Source: Chlorokybus atmophyticus (lineage: Eukaryota; Plantae; Mesostigma and Chlorokybus algae). From it: a stretch of DNA of 64,000 nucleotides. The position numbers and the translations under genes are program-made. Position 1 is the first letter of the stretch. Each line of letters opens with the position of its first letter. The notes below the pieces were generated by a model. It worked only from the letters and a program-made list of their open reading frames with translations. It did no database searches and was not told the origin of the DNA. Shown one piece after another: positions 25,300 to 37,415 of the stretch. The stretch is from the NCBI GenBank assembly GCA_009103225.1, contig RHPI01001202.1:181206-245205 (forward strand), given 5' to 3'.

Positions 25300-26971
25300 A
25301 GCTGTGCACATGGCGTTGCTACTTGGAGGTGTGGCGTTTTCATTGATTATTAATCACAAACCGCTCACATTCTTTCATACGCAACATAACCTGTCGAGGC
25401 GGCAAGCTAGGTGGAATGAATTCATTTCTCGTTTTACTTTCACTTGAAGTGAATACCGTCCGGGTCGCACCAATGTGGCGGATCCACTAAGTCGTAGCCC
25501 TGCTCTTTTGGCACTTACGCGCTCTCGAAGTACGCGCAATGTGCAACAGCCTGTAGATCCTTTCCTAAAGGAAGTGTTCACAGGTTATAACTCAGATGAT
25601 TGGTTTAGCAGTCAAACCAACTTGCAACAGCTTACTGCTGTTAGCAATCTGTGGTATGAAGGGGAGCAGTTGGCAATTCCCAACACGGGCGACTTGCGTA
25701 AGCAATGCTTACATTCAGTGCATGACCCGCCATATGCTGGGCATCTGGGGAAACAAAACACTCAAAGCTGCGCAACAGTTATACTGGTGGCCATCAATGT
25801 CAGCTGATGTGGATCAATATGGTTGCACATGTGACGTGTGTCAACATAATAAGCCACTACGACAAAAGCAAGCGAGATTGCTGAAACCATTGGTAATTCC
25901 AGAACAAAAGTGGGCTAGTGTCAATATAGATTTGATTACTGACCTATCTGAAACAGCAGCCACATACATTGCTATTGTGGCTTTTGTCGACCGTTTGACC
26001 AAAATGGTGCATTTTGCCCCGTGTTGCACAACTGTGAGTGCACGGGACTTAGCACATTCATTTGTGTCCACGGTCTTTCGAGTTCACAGTGTACCGCGTG
26101 AGCTTATCACAGATTGTGATCCTCGGTTTGTCTCCAAGTTTTGGAGAGAAGTCTGTGAATTGTTGGGGGTAAAATAAAGCATGTCGACTGCTTTCCACCC
26201 GCAAACGGACGGTCAAATTGAGCGAGCAAATCAAATACTGAAAGAATAGTTCGCCACGATGTGGCTCCTAACCATGCCGATTGGGACAGGTACTTGCCAA
26301 TGGCAGAGTTTGCTATGAACAACGCGTGGCAGGAAAGTGTAAAGGAAACCCAATTTTTCTTGAATTATGGGATTCGCCCGAACACACCAGCGTCATTGCG
26401 TGTACCTCGCAATGCCCTGACTGTACCAGCGGCAAAGGAAAATGCCACTGATATGCAAGAATATTTGGCTCGAGCCAAGCTATGTCTGTCAGAAGCAGGA
26501 CAGGCAAAAAGCTTATGCTGATACACATTGAAGAATGGCCACTTTCGATGTCGGCAATAAAGTTTTGCTTAACGCAAAGAACATAACCATCAACGTACGA
26601 GTGCTCGCAAGTTGCTGCCCCAATGGTTAGGTCCTTTCTTTATCACTGATAGAGCTGGTACGCACGTTTATTGATTGCAATTGCCCCCAAGTGTGCGTAT
26701 ACACAACATGTTTCATGTGAACTTGTTGAAATCTTACCGCTCAGACGGTAGAAGACAGCCTCCACCACCGCCACTTGAGGTGGACAGCGAGCTCGAATAC
26801 GAGGTGGAAGCTATATTGAACCATAAGCTAAATAATCGAGGACGCGTAACTCGCTATTTGGTGAAATGGAAAGGGTATGGCCCAGAACATAACAGTTGGG
26901 AGCCCGACAGGCATCTTACGCACTGCCGCGAGTTGCTTCGAGCTTATTGGGATTCACGTCCTGTCCCATAA
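25300..26971 (+). pseudogene. pol remnant: RNase H C-terminus, integrase (HHCC and core) and C-terminal chromodomain
   Basis: WRCYLE..NHKPLTF...LSRRQARW.EF...EYRPGRTNVADPLSR (RNase H). HDPPYAGHLG...CDVCQ, FVDRLTKMVHF, LITDCDPRF and STAFHPQTDGQIERAN (integrase). EYEVEAILNHK...YLVKWKGYGPEHNSWEP (chromodomain). Confidence 0.93.
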
Positions 26972-27115
26972 ACCGTGGGCTTGGTTTTATGACAGACTGG
27001 CAGTGCAGTTTCATTACCACCCTGTCGTTTCCTGCTATCTCACTGATTACAACTCGAAATTAAGCCTGATCAACTTGAGTTCAACGAGGACGTTGAAAAC
27101 TTAAGTGGGGGGGAA

Positions 27116-27643
27116 TGTATCGGGAGCAATAATAATAGGGGTATTATTGCTACCTAAATAACACATTATGTATGAATAAGTATTTAAATATGCTTATTTA
27201 TACATCTTTTCTACGGTTCCTCGCTTATTGAAGGCTATAATGCTTTATCATAGCTTAAATAAGTCCAAATGGGTGTAGATACGCTTACTCAAGCCAATTT
27301 GGTGTCACATTTGATAAAATGTGATCACTATCTCGTTAGGTACTTTACGATAGGTATCTATCGATAGGTACCTCATCAATAGGTACCTTATCTGAGCTGT
27401 GATTGGCTCATGCTGGATTTCCTAACTACCCTATTTGTAGGGTCGATGTATAGTTGTGAGTTAATTATCGAGAGGTATGTATTTGATATACTCTTGATAT
27501 AAAAGGTCACATCAAACTGATGTGACCTCACTTTCAGTTCTCTGCTCAGTGGCGGCCACGCCGCTGAAAGGCTTGTCATAGGCGGTGTGGGTGTTGGGGT
27601 AGAGAATTGAAGGGGCATCACCGGCGACGGTGGTGCTGTTACA
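27116..27643 (+). repeat. 3' LTR (528 bp)
   Basis: Begins tgtatcgggagcaataat immediately after the PPT and ends ggtggtgctgttaca; colinear with the 5' LTR. Confidence 0.93.
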
Positions 27644-27799
27644 GCATAGATGCAGCACAAAAGTGTGAAGCTCGATGGTCTTGAAGGTGTATGTACAAAC
27701 AATACGAAACGGAAATGTACATGCATAGTGGCGCACAAGGTCAGCCCTTGGTGGTGTGGCGTTGCAGCCAAACTGCTGGACGCATGCTGTGCAATCGGA

Positions 27800-28190
27800 G
27801 CAAAGAGGTGCTGAATGAGACTGCGGACCAGCAGCTGTGCAAAATGTCATTGCCCGACTGTGTGTACAAAAGATGGAGTGCTGATAAGTGCGTATGCAGC
27901 CACCATGGGCGGAGCAGACATAAGCGTCACTACAACACGTGGTCACCTATGATTATCACCTCTTGACAAGCTCCACAGCACGCCACACTGCCCAGCTGCC
28001 ACACTTGTACCTGTTGTACAAGCTGCACAAAAGCCCGCCCAAGCCACGCTTCATAGCAGCAACATATGAGACATCGTTGTCAGACGCAAGTATCTGGTTG
28101 GCTAGAGCGTATCAATGCAGACAACCAGTATGGCATGAGTTGTGGGCGGAGGTGGTGGCACTGCCAGGGATTACGCACATGACGAAGTGA
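27800..28190 (+). mobile_element. Decayed Penelope-like retroelement RT fragment
   Basis: LPHLYLLYKLHKSPPKPRFIAATYETSLSDASIWLARA resembles the PLE RT N-terminal motif (P..Y.LPK.HK.P...RFIA...) of Naiad/Chlamys-type elements. No YxDD motif is seen; the fragment is truncated. Confidence 0.55.
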
Positions 28191-29625
28191 CGTGTACATC
28201 AAATGCAGGACATGCATGCGCATGCACAACGTGTAGTCCAGTCAGCACGCAGCAACACATGCAAGGTGTCGTACAGGTGTATGTGTACTGTACACCACTA
28301 AAGCTGCTGTACATGACAGTGGTGAAGAAACTGCAGCAACAGATTCTGCCTGTACGCAAGGACTGAAGGACGTGACACATGCATGGGGAGCAGGCTGCTG
28401 GTAGTGCAGCTTGCCCATGCTACGACAACGACAGGCCAAACCCACCACCTAACCCCACTGGCAGCGCCTAACCGGCACATACAACAGCTGCTAGTGCGAC
28501 AGCACCGCTACCGACAGGGCGGGGCGCAAGGGCCGGGCACAGGGGAGGGGCAGAGGGGGCCTCAGCCAGGGTTACAATATACAGAGCTGCGTGGGAATGG
28601 CGGGAGTGAGGCTGTGGGTGAAGGAGAACGGGAGAGGGGGAGTGGGAGTCCGTCGGCTGCTCATGCTCCTGGCTGCTGCAAAGAACTGCAAGACTAACTG
28701 ACTGCACACACGTGCAGCCCTCTGGGCAGGTCGTCTGAGCCGAGCACGCAGCGGTGCTCTGCTGACGTTCACACTACAACCCTTGCAAGCCGTTACAGCA
28801 AGGGCACAGGGAGAGGAGGGAGCGGAGGAAGGAGGAGGGTGGCGGAGAGAGAGGAAGAGAGAGGACTCCTCGGAGGGGGAGTCCTTCTGCTGTCTGCTGC
28901 TGCCTCGCCTGAAGCTGTGCCGCTAGCTAACGTGTTTGGGCGCCTTGTGTACAGGTATTGAGCAAATGCATGCATGTATGTCTGATGGGGGTTGAAGGCA
29001 GTAGTTACAATAGTTACGTGTGGCTAGTGTAGGTAGACCCCGGTGGTAAATAATCATTGCATGATGATGAGCTTGGTGAACAAGGCGTGTGTCATGCATG
29101 TTGCATGCATCATGATCACTTGCATTTTCTGTACACAGTGTTGGAGCGTGCTGATGCGCAGTATGGACTGCCCTATGCCATGTGACTGCGAGTTTGCTTG
29201 AATGCGCGTTATGTCTCTTGCATCTTCGCACCTGCGTGAAACATTGGCCATGGACTCTTTCGTACCTGTCTTGAATGATTTGCTAGCATATCATCAGCTG
29301 AAACAATAACAGCCACCCTTTCAAGCTTCTAGCATGCACAACTTGTGCGGCTGTACTTTGCATTTGTAAAGACACTATTCCGTATGTACGAGCAATAGTG
29401 CGATGCAGTGTCTACACGCTCACTATTCAGCGGCACACATGCTCCCACAACTTCACAGTCACACCCTGTCACACCCTCACCACGCCCACGCTCTCACACT
29501 CACCCACGCATGCCCATGCACTAGTACACTACGCTAGGCGGAGTGCTGATACGTGCTGTCAACAATTCCAGATGACAATGACTAAGCATGGTGCGTGTCA
29601 CATATTCATTGCTATGACGGACGTA

Positions 29626-31609
29626 CTAAGGGCGACGAGTAGGCGGCTGCATGGACCTCTGCCTGCTTATCTGCCCGTCACCCGTGGCAAACTCCGGAAA
29701 ATGGTCCAAAAACGTTTTTGTACTCAACGTGTCTACGCCACTGAACAGAAACTCCTGTATGTAGGCCTGCACGCAATGTAAAATTATTGACCGTTAAACC
29801 AAGCCCGTGGAGCTATGACTATGAAGAAAAAACACGGCTGCATGAATTTTACCTCTGTCAGTTCTGCACCAAAGTACCGTGTCAACACACCGCGACCAGG
29901 GTCCTGCATGCAGCGCTTGTAGTCAGAAAACTGCAATGTTGTGTGAGAGTGAAGTGTGGTGGCTGTTTGCATGCACACCTTCACTGCGCGATAAGTTAAG
30001 TACTTGTGCTGCGCATCTCGGTTGGCCTCCTCTGCTCGACTGTCAGTCGTAGCCTCTGCTGAATCAACATAATCCAAGTACACCTAGAAGCACATTTTAC
30101 TCCTTTTGCAATGCGCCAAGGTTATAAGATGACTACTGAATCATTTCCCTATTGTCGCCGTATGCAACTAAGTCATGACTCGCCTGCAAGTATTGGACAA
30201 ACGCCGGGTAAAGGTGTTCAAGGATTGCACTGCGTTCCATTGCTCGAGACCACAGAACTGCGGGAGAGAAGAACTGCGTAGCCTCAGCGGGCAAAGCACC
30301 TCCATCTGGGAGAAACTGGCAGGCAGCAGCTATTGAGCTATGTGCCAGCTTGGACGCCACATATACAATCCCAGAGAGACGGGCTAGCACACAAGGTATT
30401 CAATGTACCTGTCGATACTTCTCTGCAAGAGGGAGTAGGCGTTCTGCATACTTGGTCAAGTAACTAGGACTCTGGTGCAGTGGTTGAAAATCCCTGCGAG
30501 CCACCATACTGTGAGAGAAAACTCGTTGATGTTTGGATAATTTTCATTGCAGCTATTAATTCACTGAGAGCACTTCACCAAACTGGGCAGAATTTTCACC
30601 TTGTACTGTATGTGCAATAAATGTGACTCACATCGACAAGACGTACACGAGCACTTACAGCGCAATCACGTTTCCTCGCGGAAGGCACACGAAATCGGCA
30701 CCAAAAATGGGCAGATCGAATGAAGGGCGTGCCATAATCACGAAATTGAACACCTGACCCGGCATGCATGGACTCGCTCAAAGGCAGCAACAACAAAGAA
30801 GCATGACATGCACAGTTGATGGAAGTCACCACCATACCTGAAAGTCCGTTCCGGCGGTGATCAATGCGGGGCGAATGAACCTCAGTTTGTCTGTCTGGAA
30901 AGCGTCGCCACGCGCCTCCGCATTGTCACCCTTCTTATCCGTGGCCCGAAGCAACCCATAAGACTCCTGAAAGCAGTTTGAGGATCAAATGTGTGGTGCG
31001 AGACCAGCGTGCTCTGTACTACATGTTACAATGCTGCACTGGCGTCTCTGGTAGCACCTCTGGTAAAAGATTTAAGACTGCTTGCATTCCAACCAATGCT
31101 GATGTATGTACGCTTTAGACTTGCTAGATGCATGCATGCCACAAATCTATGCATGCTTCACTACCATGCACATATGAAACACGTGATCACGCATACTTGG
31201 CTGTCATGTAACAAAACCACTGCCACAGCACAATAGATACCAAGAAATTTGCTTACTGCAATCGTGCATATGTTAGTCCAAAGATCACGATGCGGCGCAC
31301 CTTGTAAGGGTATGGCTGCAGGTCCAGCCGGCTCTTGAGCTGGCTCAGCGCATTCTGCAGAAAAGGCTCAAACATATTTGGTGTGGGGGAGGCAGCAGCG
31401 CTGTCCTGCCCAGCACCCGCAGCTGAGGCTGTTGCAAGGATTTGCTGCACTGCATGTTGATGCCGCTGCTGCAGCCTTCTAAGGCAGCCACCCACTCGCC
31501 CATGATCAGAAGCTCGCCGACCTCTCCTCCTAGACCATGACGGCGACGATGGTGACGCCCACGCCTTCACCGTCACTGCCACGGTCACTGCCGCCACCCC
31601 GGAACCCAT
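29626..31609 (-). CDS. HY2: Ferredoxin-dependent bilin reductase of HY2 type (PebB lineage), 8 exons, with a plastid transit peptide
   Basis: Exons 31609-31301, 30966-30838, 30753-30659, 30493-30409, 30315-30184 (GC donor), 30083-29979, 29903-29853 and 29766-29626. Motifs MFEPFL...LDLQPYP, QVFNF...[10 protein letters not shown]...[26 protein letters not shown] and [17 protein letters not shown]. It also has the HY2-type tail [32 protein letters not shown]. Confidence 0.92.
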
Positions 31610-32460
31610 GCATGCGCAATGCAGTGACCAGGGTTTGTCAGTTTGGCGTCGTCGTAGATGTTGTTGTCGGGCGGCATGGCGGCGGTGGCGTCGTGTTCCG
31701 TGTCGGCATCGGCGTGGGCGTGCGGTGCAGTCCGGCAGGTGAGGTTTGGCCTGTTGTTCTCCAAATCGTGATGCGTGGACAGCGTGTGCAGCACAGCATG
31801 CAGCACAGCATGCAGCGATTTGCCATCATCAAGTAGTAGTCCCAGTAAGCGTTCACCAGCAAGCAACTACTGTACGTCTCAACGTTTAGAGTGGTGGCGC
31901 TGCTCGTGAGGATTGCACTTGGCTCAGGCACTCCTCGAGCGCAGCATCTTGCAGCCTAGAAACATAAGTAAGCAATAAGTAAGCAATTCTCAGCTTTGGC
32001 GGTCATTAGCTTTCTGGCAACTTAGCTTGACCTGTTGCTGCTCTGTGCACACACTATGTCATCATCCAAAAGGCAGAAGTTATCACAGCTAGTTGTGTGT
32101 CCACCATCGTTTCATAGTCCAGCAGTACAAAGCTGCTGATTGTACCCAAGTAGTTGCAGCAGCGGACATGGGGTCCAGTTTGCAGTGCAATCATGCCCCT
32201 GCGGCTTGAGCTCGACTGTCACGGACAGCTAGCGCACGCGTATGGCACAGGTTAGCTGAGTTGCTGCGCAGGCTGCAAGTCAGTTCTGGACGTCAGTGTA
32301 GGCATGCCATATGGAGTGGAATGGTATAGACTGGACATGGCACAGGGTGACTTGTCTGCTTCTTGATGTTAAGTTGAACACTTTGCAGGTCGCAATGGTT
32401 TAGCAGCTGTACTGGTTCATCAGCAACAGCTAATTGCATGTGGCATAGCATAACAGGCTG

Positions 32461-33455
32461 ATGTCTGCCCTGTTCATCCGTCAGCCACAGCGGCGGCGGC
32501 AGCAGCAGCGTGGTGATGGTGCGCAGGGGTCAGTCCGGGTAGCCAAGCTGCTCCCTTCAAGGACACGCAGAAGAGTCACCTGCATGGCTGCTCAAGACGA
32601 GACACCTGAGGACAAGTATGTAATCTGCTTGCCACTGGCTTGCAGGAAGCCACATGCACATGTGTGTGCACAGGCGCGCGCGTGCACGCACCCACACACA
32701 CATGCACTGAGGGAGGAGGCACACTACTGCAGATGATAAGTTGTTGTGTCTCATCGACATTTTGCACAGTGGGCAGCCTATGTATGTGGTCGTGCACACA
32801 CGCACACATACGCAAGATACTGCACATCGCGAGTTCTAATGACTAAACGTGTTCAACAGAGCGTGCAGCATTATTTGTGGTCAGCTTGGATGTTAAGCGG
32901 CACTAAGGGTCACAATCTAGCACATTGTTAGAGTTGCATCACACCCTTGGTGCATATTTACCACCACAGCGTGGATCATGATCTATTTTTCTCCTGAGTC
33001 AGGGAGGAAACGATTGAGCAGCTGGAAGCGCGTTTGGGCATGGGCCGGCGAGCGCGCAGCGATCCCGTGGCTTATGAGGAGCGTAAGCAAAAGCAGCGCA
33101 AAAAGAAGTTCAGCGATATGTCCGCAGGTGAGGATTATAGGTTCCAAGGCGTCTAGCCTGGTAGTTCACAGGTCCTGCGATGGCTTTGGGTGCTGTCTCT
33201 GCACATGCATTAAGACACGAATATCATTTCTTGACAGGCGAGAAGGTGACGGAAACACTATTTGGTGAGCGCGGCGCCGAGTATTGGGCGAATAAGTTGA
33301 CACAATATGCCCTTGGCGGCATAGTAGTGGCATGGATCTGCATTCGCTTTGTGGGCCCGAACCTTGGCTTGTACGATGTGGTCGACCCTTTTGCTAACCT
33401 TCCGCCGCCGCCTTCAAACCAGTTCAATCCCAACTTCAAAGCTAAGGACTTGTAG
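32461..33455 (+). CDS. Small plastid-targeted single-pass membrane protein of unknown function, 3 exons
   Basis: Exons 32461-32615, 33003-33127 and 33238-33455 are in frame. R/Q-rich transit peptide ending RRVTCMAA, then KEETIEQLEARLG...LFGERGAEYWANKLTQYALGGIVVAWICIRFVGPNLGLY with one hydrophobic helix. Confidence 0.75.
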
Positions 33456-33973
33456 TAACAAAACAGGCAAGCTGCAGCACTTTTGAGTTTGTTTGGCCTC
33501 CTGTATGCTGGCATAGTCTGCCTTTACCCAGTCATGTGAATGATGTGGTCCATCATTACTTGTTAACACGTCAAGGTCAAGCCACCACTTTGAGCAGCCC
33601 TAAGTTTTGAAGTAGTAGATGCTTTCAAGCACAATCTTAGTTTGCTACACCAAACCCTGTTGTTGATGGTTCGTGTGATACAGCTTTAGAGTGCAAAGTT
33701 GTGTATGTGACTGCGGGGTGCTATGTGCGTCAATCCACATCCACTGTGCTCAGTGGCATGCGGTAGGGCTTATTATCTTCTGTAAAGATATTATGCTTTG
33801 GAGACCCTGCACTCGTTCTCAACTATGCTCGCTCCTGCCAGGTTGATTTTGTTATGATGCGGCCCTGAGTTCGTCATGTTGCAAAGCAGTGTGCCAACCA
33901 TACCAACCATGCAACGTTACATGTCACTGGCGAGCTGCTAGTGCATGTTCAGTATAGTGCACACACGTTGTAT

Positions 33974-34050
33974 GTACAGGATATGCTGCCAGTAGTTGTA
34001 GACATGCATGACATCACTCACAGCATGCCAAACAGCATGCAAGCACATTG
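33974..34050 (+). repeat. 77-bp dispersed repeat, copy 2
   Basis: Matches 13796-13872 as described for copy 1. Confidence 0.85.
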
Positions 34051-35084
34051 TAGCACAACCACCGGGCTATACACACTGTTTATTCCAACCTCACTACACT
34101 TGGTTGGGAGCGGCGGTGGGGGGGAAGTCTGCTAGTTGTTGTGGTCGTCAACGTGGTCCTACTCAAGGCTGACTCTACTGGCGATGTGGCAGGTAATCTC
34201 TCTCTCCACTAGCAGCAACATCGTCACACCAAGCTACGTACTGTCATCCCTGCCTATCACTGCACAAGCATACTCACACGCATGCCAGCGGCGATGTGGC
34301 AGGTAATGTATGCTTGCAGACTGACAGGGTTGGGCAGTAGAGTAGTGAAGTAGGTGGTAGTAGGTAGTGTGTACCTAGCCCGGTGGTCGTGATAGAGGTG
34401 AGTGTGGTTGTGGTTTAGTGTGCTTGTGTCGTGCATGTTGCATACATCACGTGCATATTCTGTACACTACACTAGTCTAGTGTGTCTGTGCAACTAGGAT
34501 GCGGTAACGGTTTACTATCAACCTTCTATGGTATCTACTTAATGAGCCTTCCTTATTGTTTTCTATCTACGCCATATTTTTCTGTTAGCTATCGTTGTCG
34601 CTGTCGCTGCTAGCGACTTTGAGGTGCAATGCGGGCACACCAGCAAAAGGCCGCGTGCAGCGGGAAGCAAATGTGCGGTGCAGGGCAACGCGTCAACAAC
34701 AACCTTTGTGCGCATGCAACAACATGTTAGATGCTTAGTGCCACGCAGAATTAATGCAACACGCCCAAAGTTTTGTGGTGATGATCGTACAGTTGAGAGC
34801 GTGACCCAGGAAACGTGACTTGCCATTAACTTGTGCTCCTGCCATCACTGCCATCACTGCCTGGCACCAACATAATATTGCATTTGCAAGAACCAACAAG
34901 CGTGCTGCCTGCTGAGTGCAGATGTTACATGTTCGCGCCGTGGCACTTTCCTGGTGTACAACACTTGTGTCGCGAGTGCAATGAGCGCAATTAGTGATGG
35001 CACAATCACGACCCCAATCACATCAGCCCTGTCGAACAGTTATCTACAAGTGTCTGATGATAACCTAATTATCATCCGACTGTG

Positions 35085-36850
35085 TCAATCCATGCGGCCT
35101 TTCAGCGTCCGTACTATAACTTCCTTATCGGACCTGTGTGTGGCAGTTCAATGAGGCCAACAGAATGGTGAAGCAGTGAACTTATGTGCATGACTTACAC
35201 GACATAGACGATGCCGCCCCACCCACTCAAGCAGTCACGGTCAACTGAGGCCAGCAAGCATTGCGAAATGGTCTCAAACAAGTCCTCGGGTTCCTGCAAA
35301 TAATGTTGGTGTGTAATCGGCATGATTATAGCAGCAGCTGATTGGCGAAACGCCAGCTGCTGTTGTTCTCAACATTGCATACAACTTGCACACTGTTTAG
35401 CAACAAGTTACTGCATTTACCAGCAGACACAGTTAAAACAGGCATGACAGCTGACTGCACAAGCAGTACCGCTTTCAACAACCTCAATGCACTCACCAGG
35501 TTTGGACGATACATCGACTCGCAAGCACCAAACAGCGAGTCGGTCGCAGTCCCGGCCACCACAAAGTCCTCAGCTTTCTCACTGCAAAACATTACTTTCA
35601 TTCACCCACACTTCTGCCTTGTCATGCTGGAAATGCACATGCTGCTGGTGCACACATGTCACAGCTGCCGGCAAACCCTTCATCGCTTGAATACAATACC
35701 TAGCACCAAGTAGATCCATCACAGTCAGGAAAGGCGTTCCATCAGGTTCCAATCCAGCGATGACTGGCTCTGCAAAGTATGGTCCAAACCTGCTCAATTG
35801 CAATCTTACAGTCAGTGTAATCGAACTTGAGCATGAGTGTATGCAAAACGTGTACAAAAGTGCAAGCCAGTGTGTGCACCCGTATGTATGCGCTTGTGGG
35901 AATGTGTCTGTGTTTGACCGCTGCATGTGCACGTGTGCCAACAAAGGTAACAAGCTGACTACTCACCGCTTTTCATATAGCAATGATGAGACGAGGCTTG
36001 CAAAGGTCTTTGGCCGCATGTCGCGCTCCTCGCGAAGTTTATACATCTTATGTCTGAACTGGAACCGTTCTTGCAGCGTCATGGCATCTGTGGCGAGGCC
36101 GGACAACCCCACGTACAGCTTGTCGTGGATTGCGAATACCTTGTTGAAATCGCACGCAATTGTCTGTCCCTGAATTCCCAACCGCCTGTCCGCCGCTATC
36201 GCGAAACACTTGTTGCCAGCCATCGCCACAATAGCACTCCCATTGTAGTTCAGGATCTGCATGGCAGCTTTTGTGTCAAACTGGGCAAAGCCAGTTGTGG
36301 CAAGCGCACTAGAGCTGTTGATGCTGCTACACACATATGAGAAAGCGCTTGCATGGATGAACATAGCTGCACAGATCTTCACCAGCAGAGTAGCCAACAT
36401 TCTACCCAGGCCAAGCTGATGTAATCCAAACCCTAACAGTCAGGCACAAGAGGCTGCATAAACTCTGAGGCTACATAGATTCTGACTGCTAAGAACACTG
36501 ATAGAATGATACTTACCGCTGACTGGAATAATCACTGACGACTTGGAATCACGCGCAATGCTCGAAGAACAATAGTGCAGAGGTTCTAGAAAATACTGGT
36601 TCTGTTTTAAGTGCAAACTTGTCCCTTGAAGAGTAGCTGTGACCAATGACAGTTACACACAACATTATGCACATGCTGCACTCAAGCTGACTTGTGCACG
36701 ACTACACAGACATGCAGCAAGGTGTTCAATTGCACAGAGTCAAACCCAACAACTCTCGCGCTTGAATGTTTTTTACATCGACATTGGTTGCAACAAGCAT
36801 GTACAGCTCTCCCAGCAGGCGGCGGGGAGCAGAGCCTCACTCACCGACAT
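35085..36850 (-). CDS. PBC1: 20S proteasome subunit beta type-3, 6 exons including a 6-nt first coding exon (ATG TCG)
   Basis: Exons 36850-36845, 36256-35967, 35789-35700, 35581-35497, 35293-35199 and 35133-35085 give MSILNYNGSAIVAMAG...RFGPYFAEPVIAGL...DFVVAGTA...DRDCLSGWGG...RTLKGRMD*, the canonical PSMB3/PBC sequence. Confidence 0.97.
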
Positions 36851-37415
36851 GGCGACGAACGAGCGTGGATCCCAGCAAACCTCTCGCTACCGCAGTCAAG
36901 TGCTATTCACGAATCAGCACAAAGGCAACGATTACCACGACAGCCACACTCCGCCGAACACCGCCGTCGCCGCCGTCCCTCCAGCGCCAGCAACACCTCA
37001 CTGCTCGACTAGGGTTTGCTTCGCATGAAGCGAACCAAACTGAGCTCAGGGTTGTTAGAACTGGTCCCTGCACCTTGATTCACCAGCAAACCCACACGTT
37101 GAACAAATGCCCCGAAAGGGTAGTTCACGTTGGAAGGGACCCTGAAACAGGGTGAATCTCAGCTTGGAAGGGACCCTGATTCAGGGTGAATTAGGGGTGA
37201 GATTCACCCCATCAGCGGCCCTGAAGCTTCTTCTTTGGAACGATTGAGTGACTCGTTTGAATGAGGTGAGCGTCGTTTTGGCGCCAAAAGCATTGCGGCG
37301 GCAGCGGTGGGGTTGGTGGGGTTGGCGGCGGCGGCGTGGTTGAGAAACCCGAGCAGGGGTTTGGGTGAGGCAGAGCTGGTTGTGTAGAGATACGTTCGTA
37401 AGGAGCAGACGAGAG
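36851..37415. promoter_or_regulatory. Bidirectional promoter region between proteasome beta-3 and NSE1, with a telo-box and duplicated palindromic units
   Basis: Divergent ATGs about 565 bp apart; tagggttt at about 37010; ttggaagggaccctga..cagggtgaat twice (37130, 37164); hairpin ggggtga-gat-tcacccc at 37194-37210. Confidence 0.65.

Larger units (their letters stand above)
22728..27643 (+). mobile_element. Ty3/Gypsy chromovirus-type LTR retrotransposon, non-autonomous (protease and RT deleted, stops and frameshifts)
   Basis: Direct LTRs TGTA...TACA at 22728-23251 and 27116-27643. A degenerate tRNA-Met-type PBS (tcggtatccaggagc) follows the 5' LTR and a polypurine tract (aagtgggggggaa) precedes the 3' LTR. 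Remnants occur in Gypsy order: gag, RNase H, integrase, chromodomain. Confidence 0.95.

Noticed and set aside
28383-28950. Protein-coding gene in the GA-rich block after the Penelope-like fragment
   Set aside because: Low-complexity ORFs in several frames with no consistent exon chain or motif.
29626-29640. HY2 stop codon falling where land-plant HY2 has Trp (RPW), suggesting a nonsense mutation
   Set aside because: It is in the poorly conserved extreme C-terminus, and the downstream sequence shows no further similarity.
29784-29852. HY2 ending ...WFNGQ* as in the ORF track
   Set aside because: This is intron read-through; the true last exon (29766-29626) supplies the conserved EFLFSGVD...FPEF tail.
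36260-36400. Proteasome beta-3 starting at MQILNYNG or at the longer ORF-track start
   Set aside because: An upstream ATG TCG|gtgagt exon at 36850-36845 splices to give the canonical MSILNYNG.
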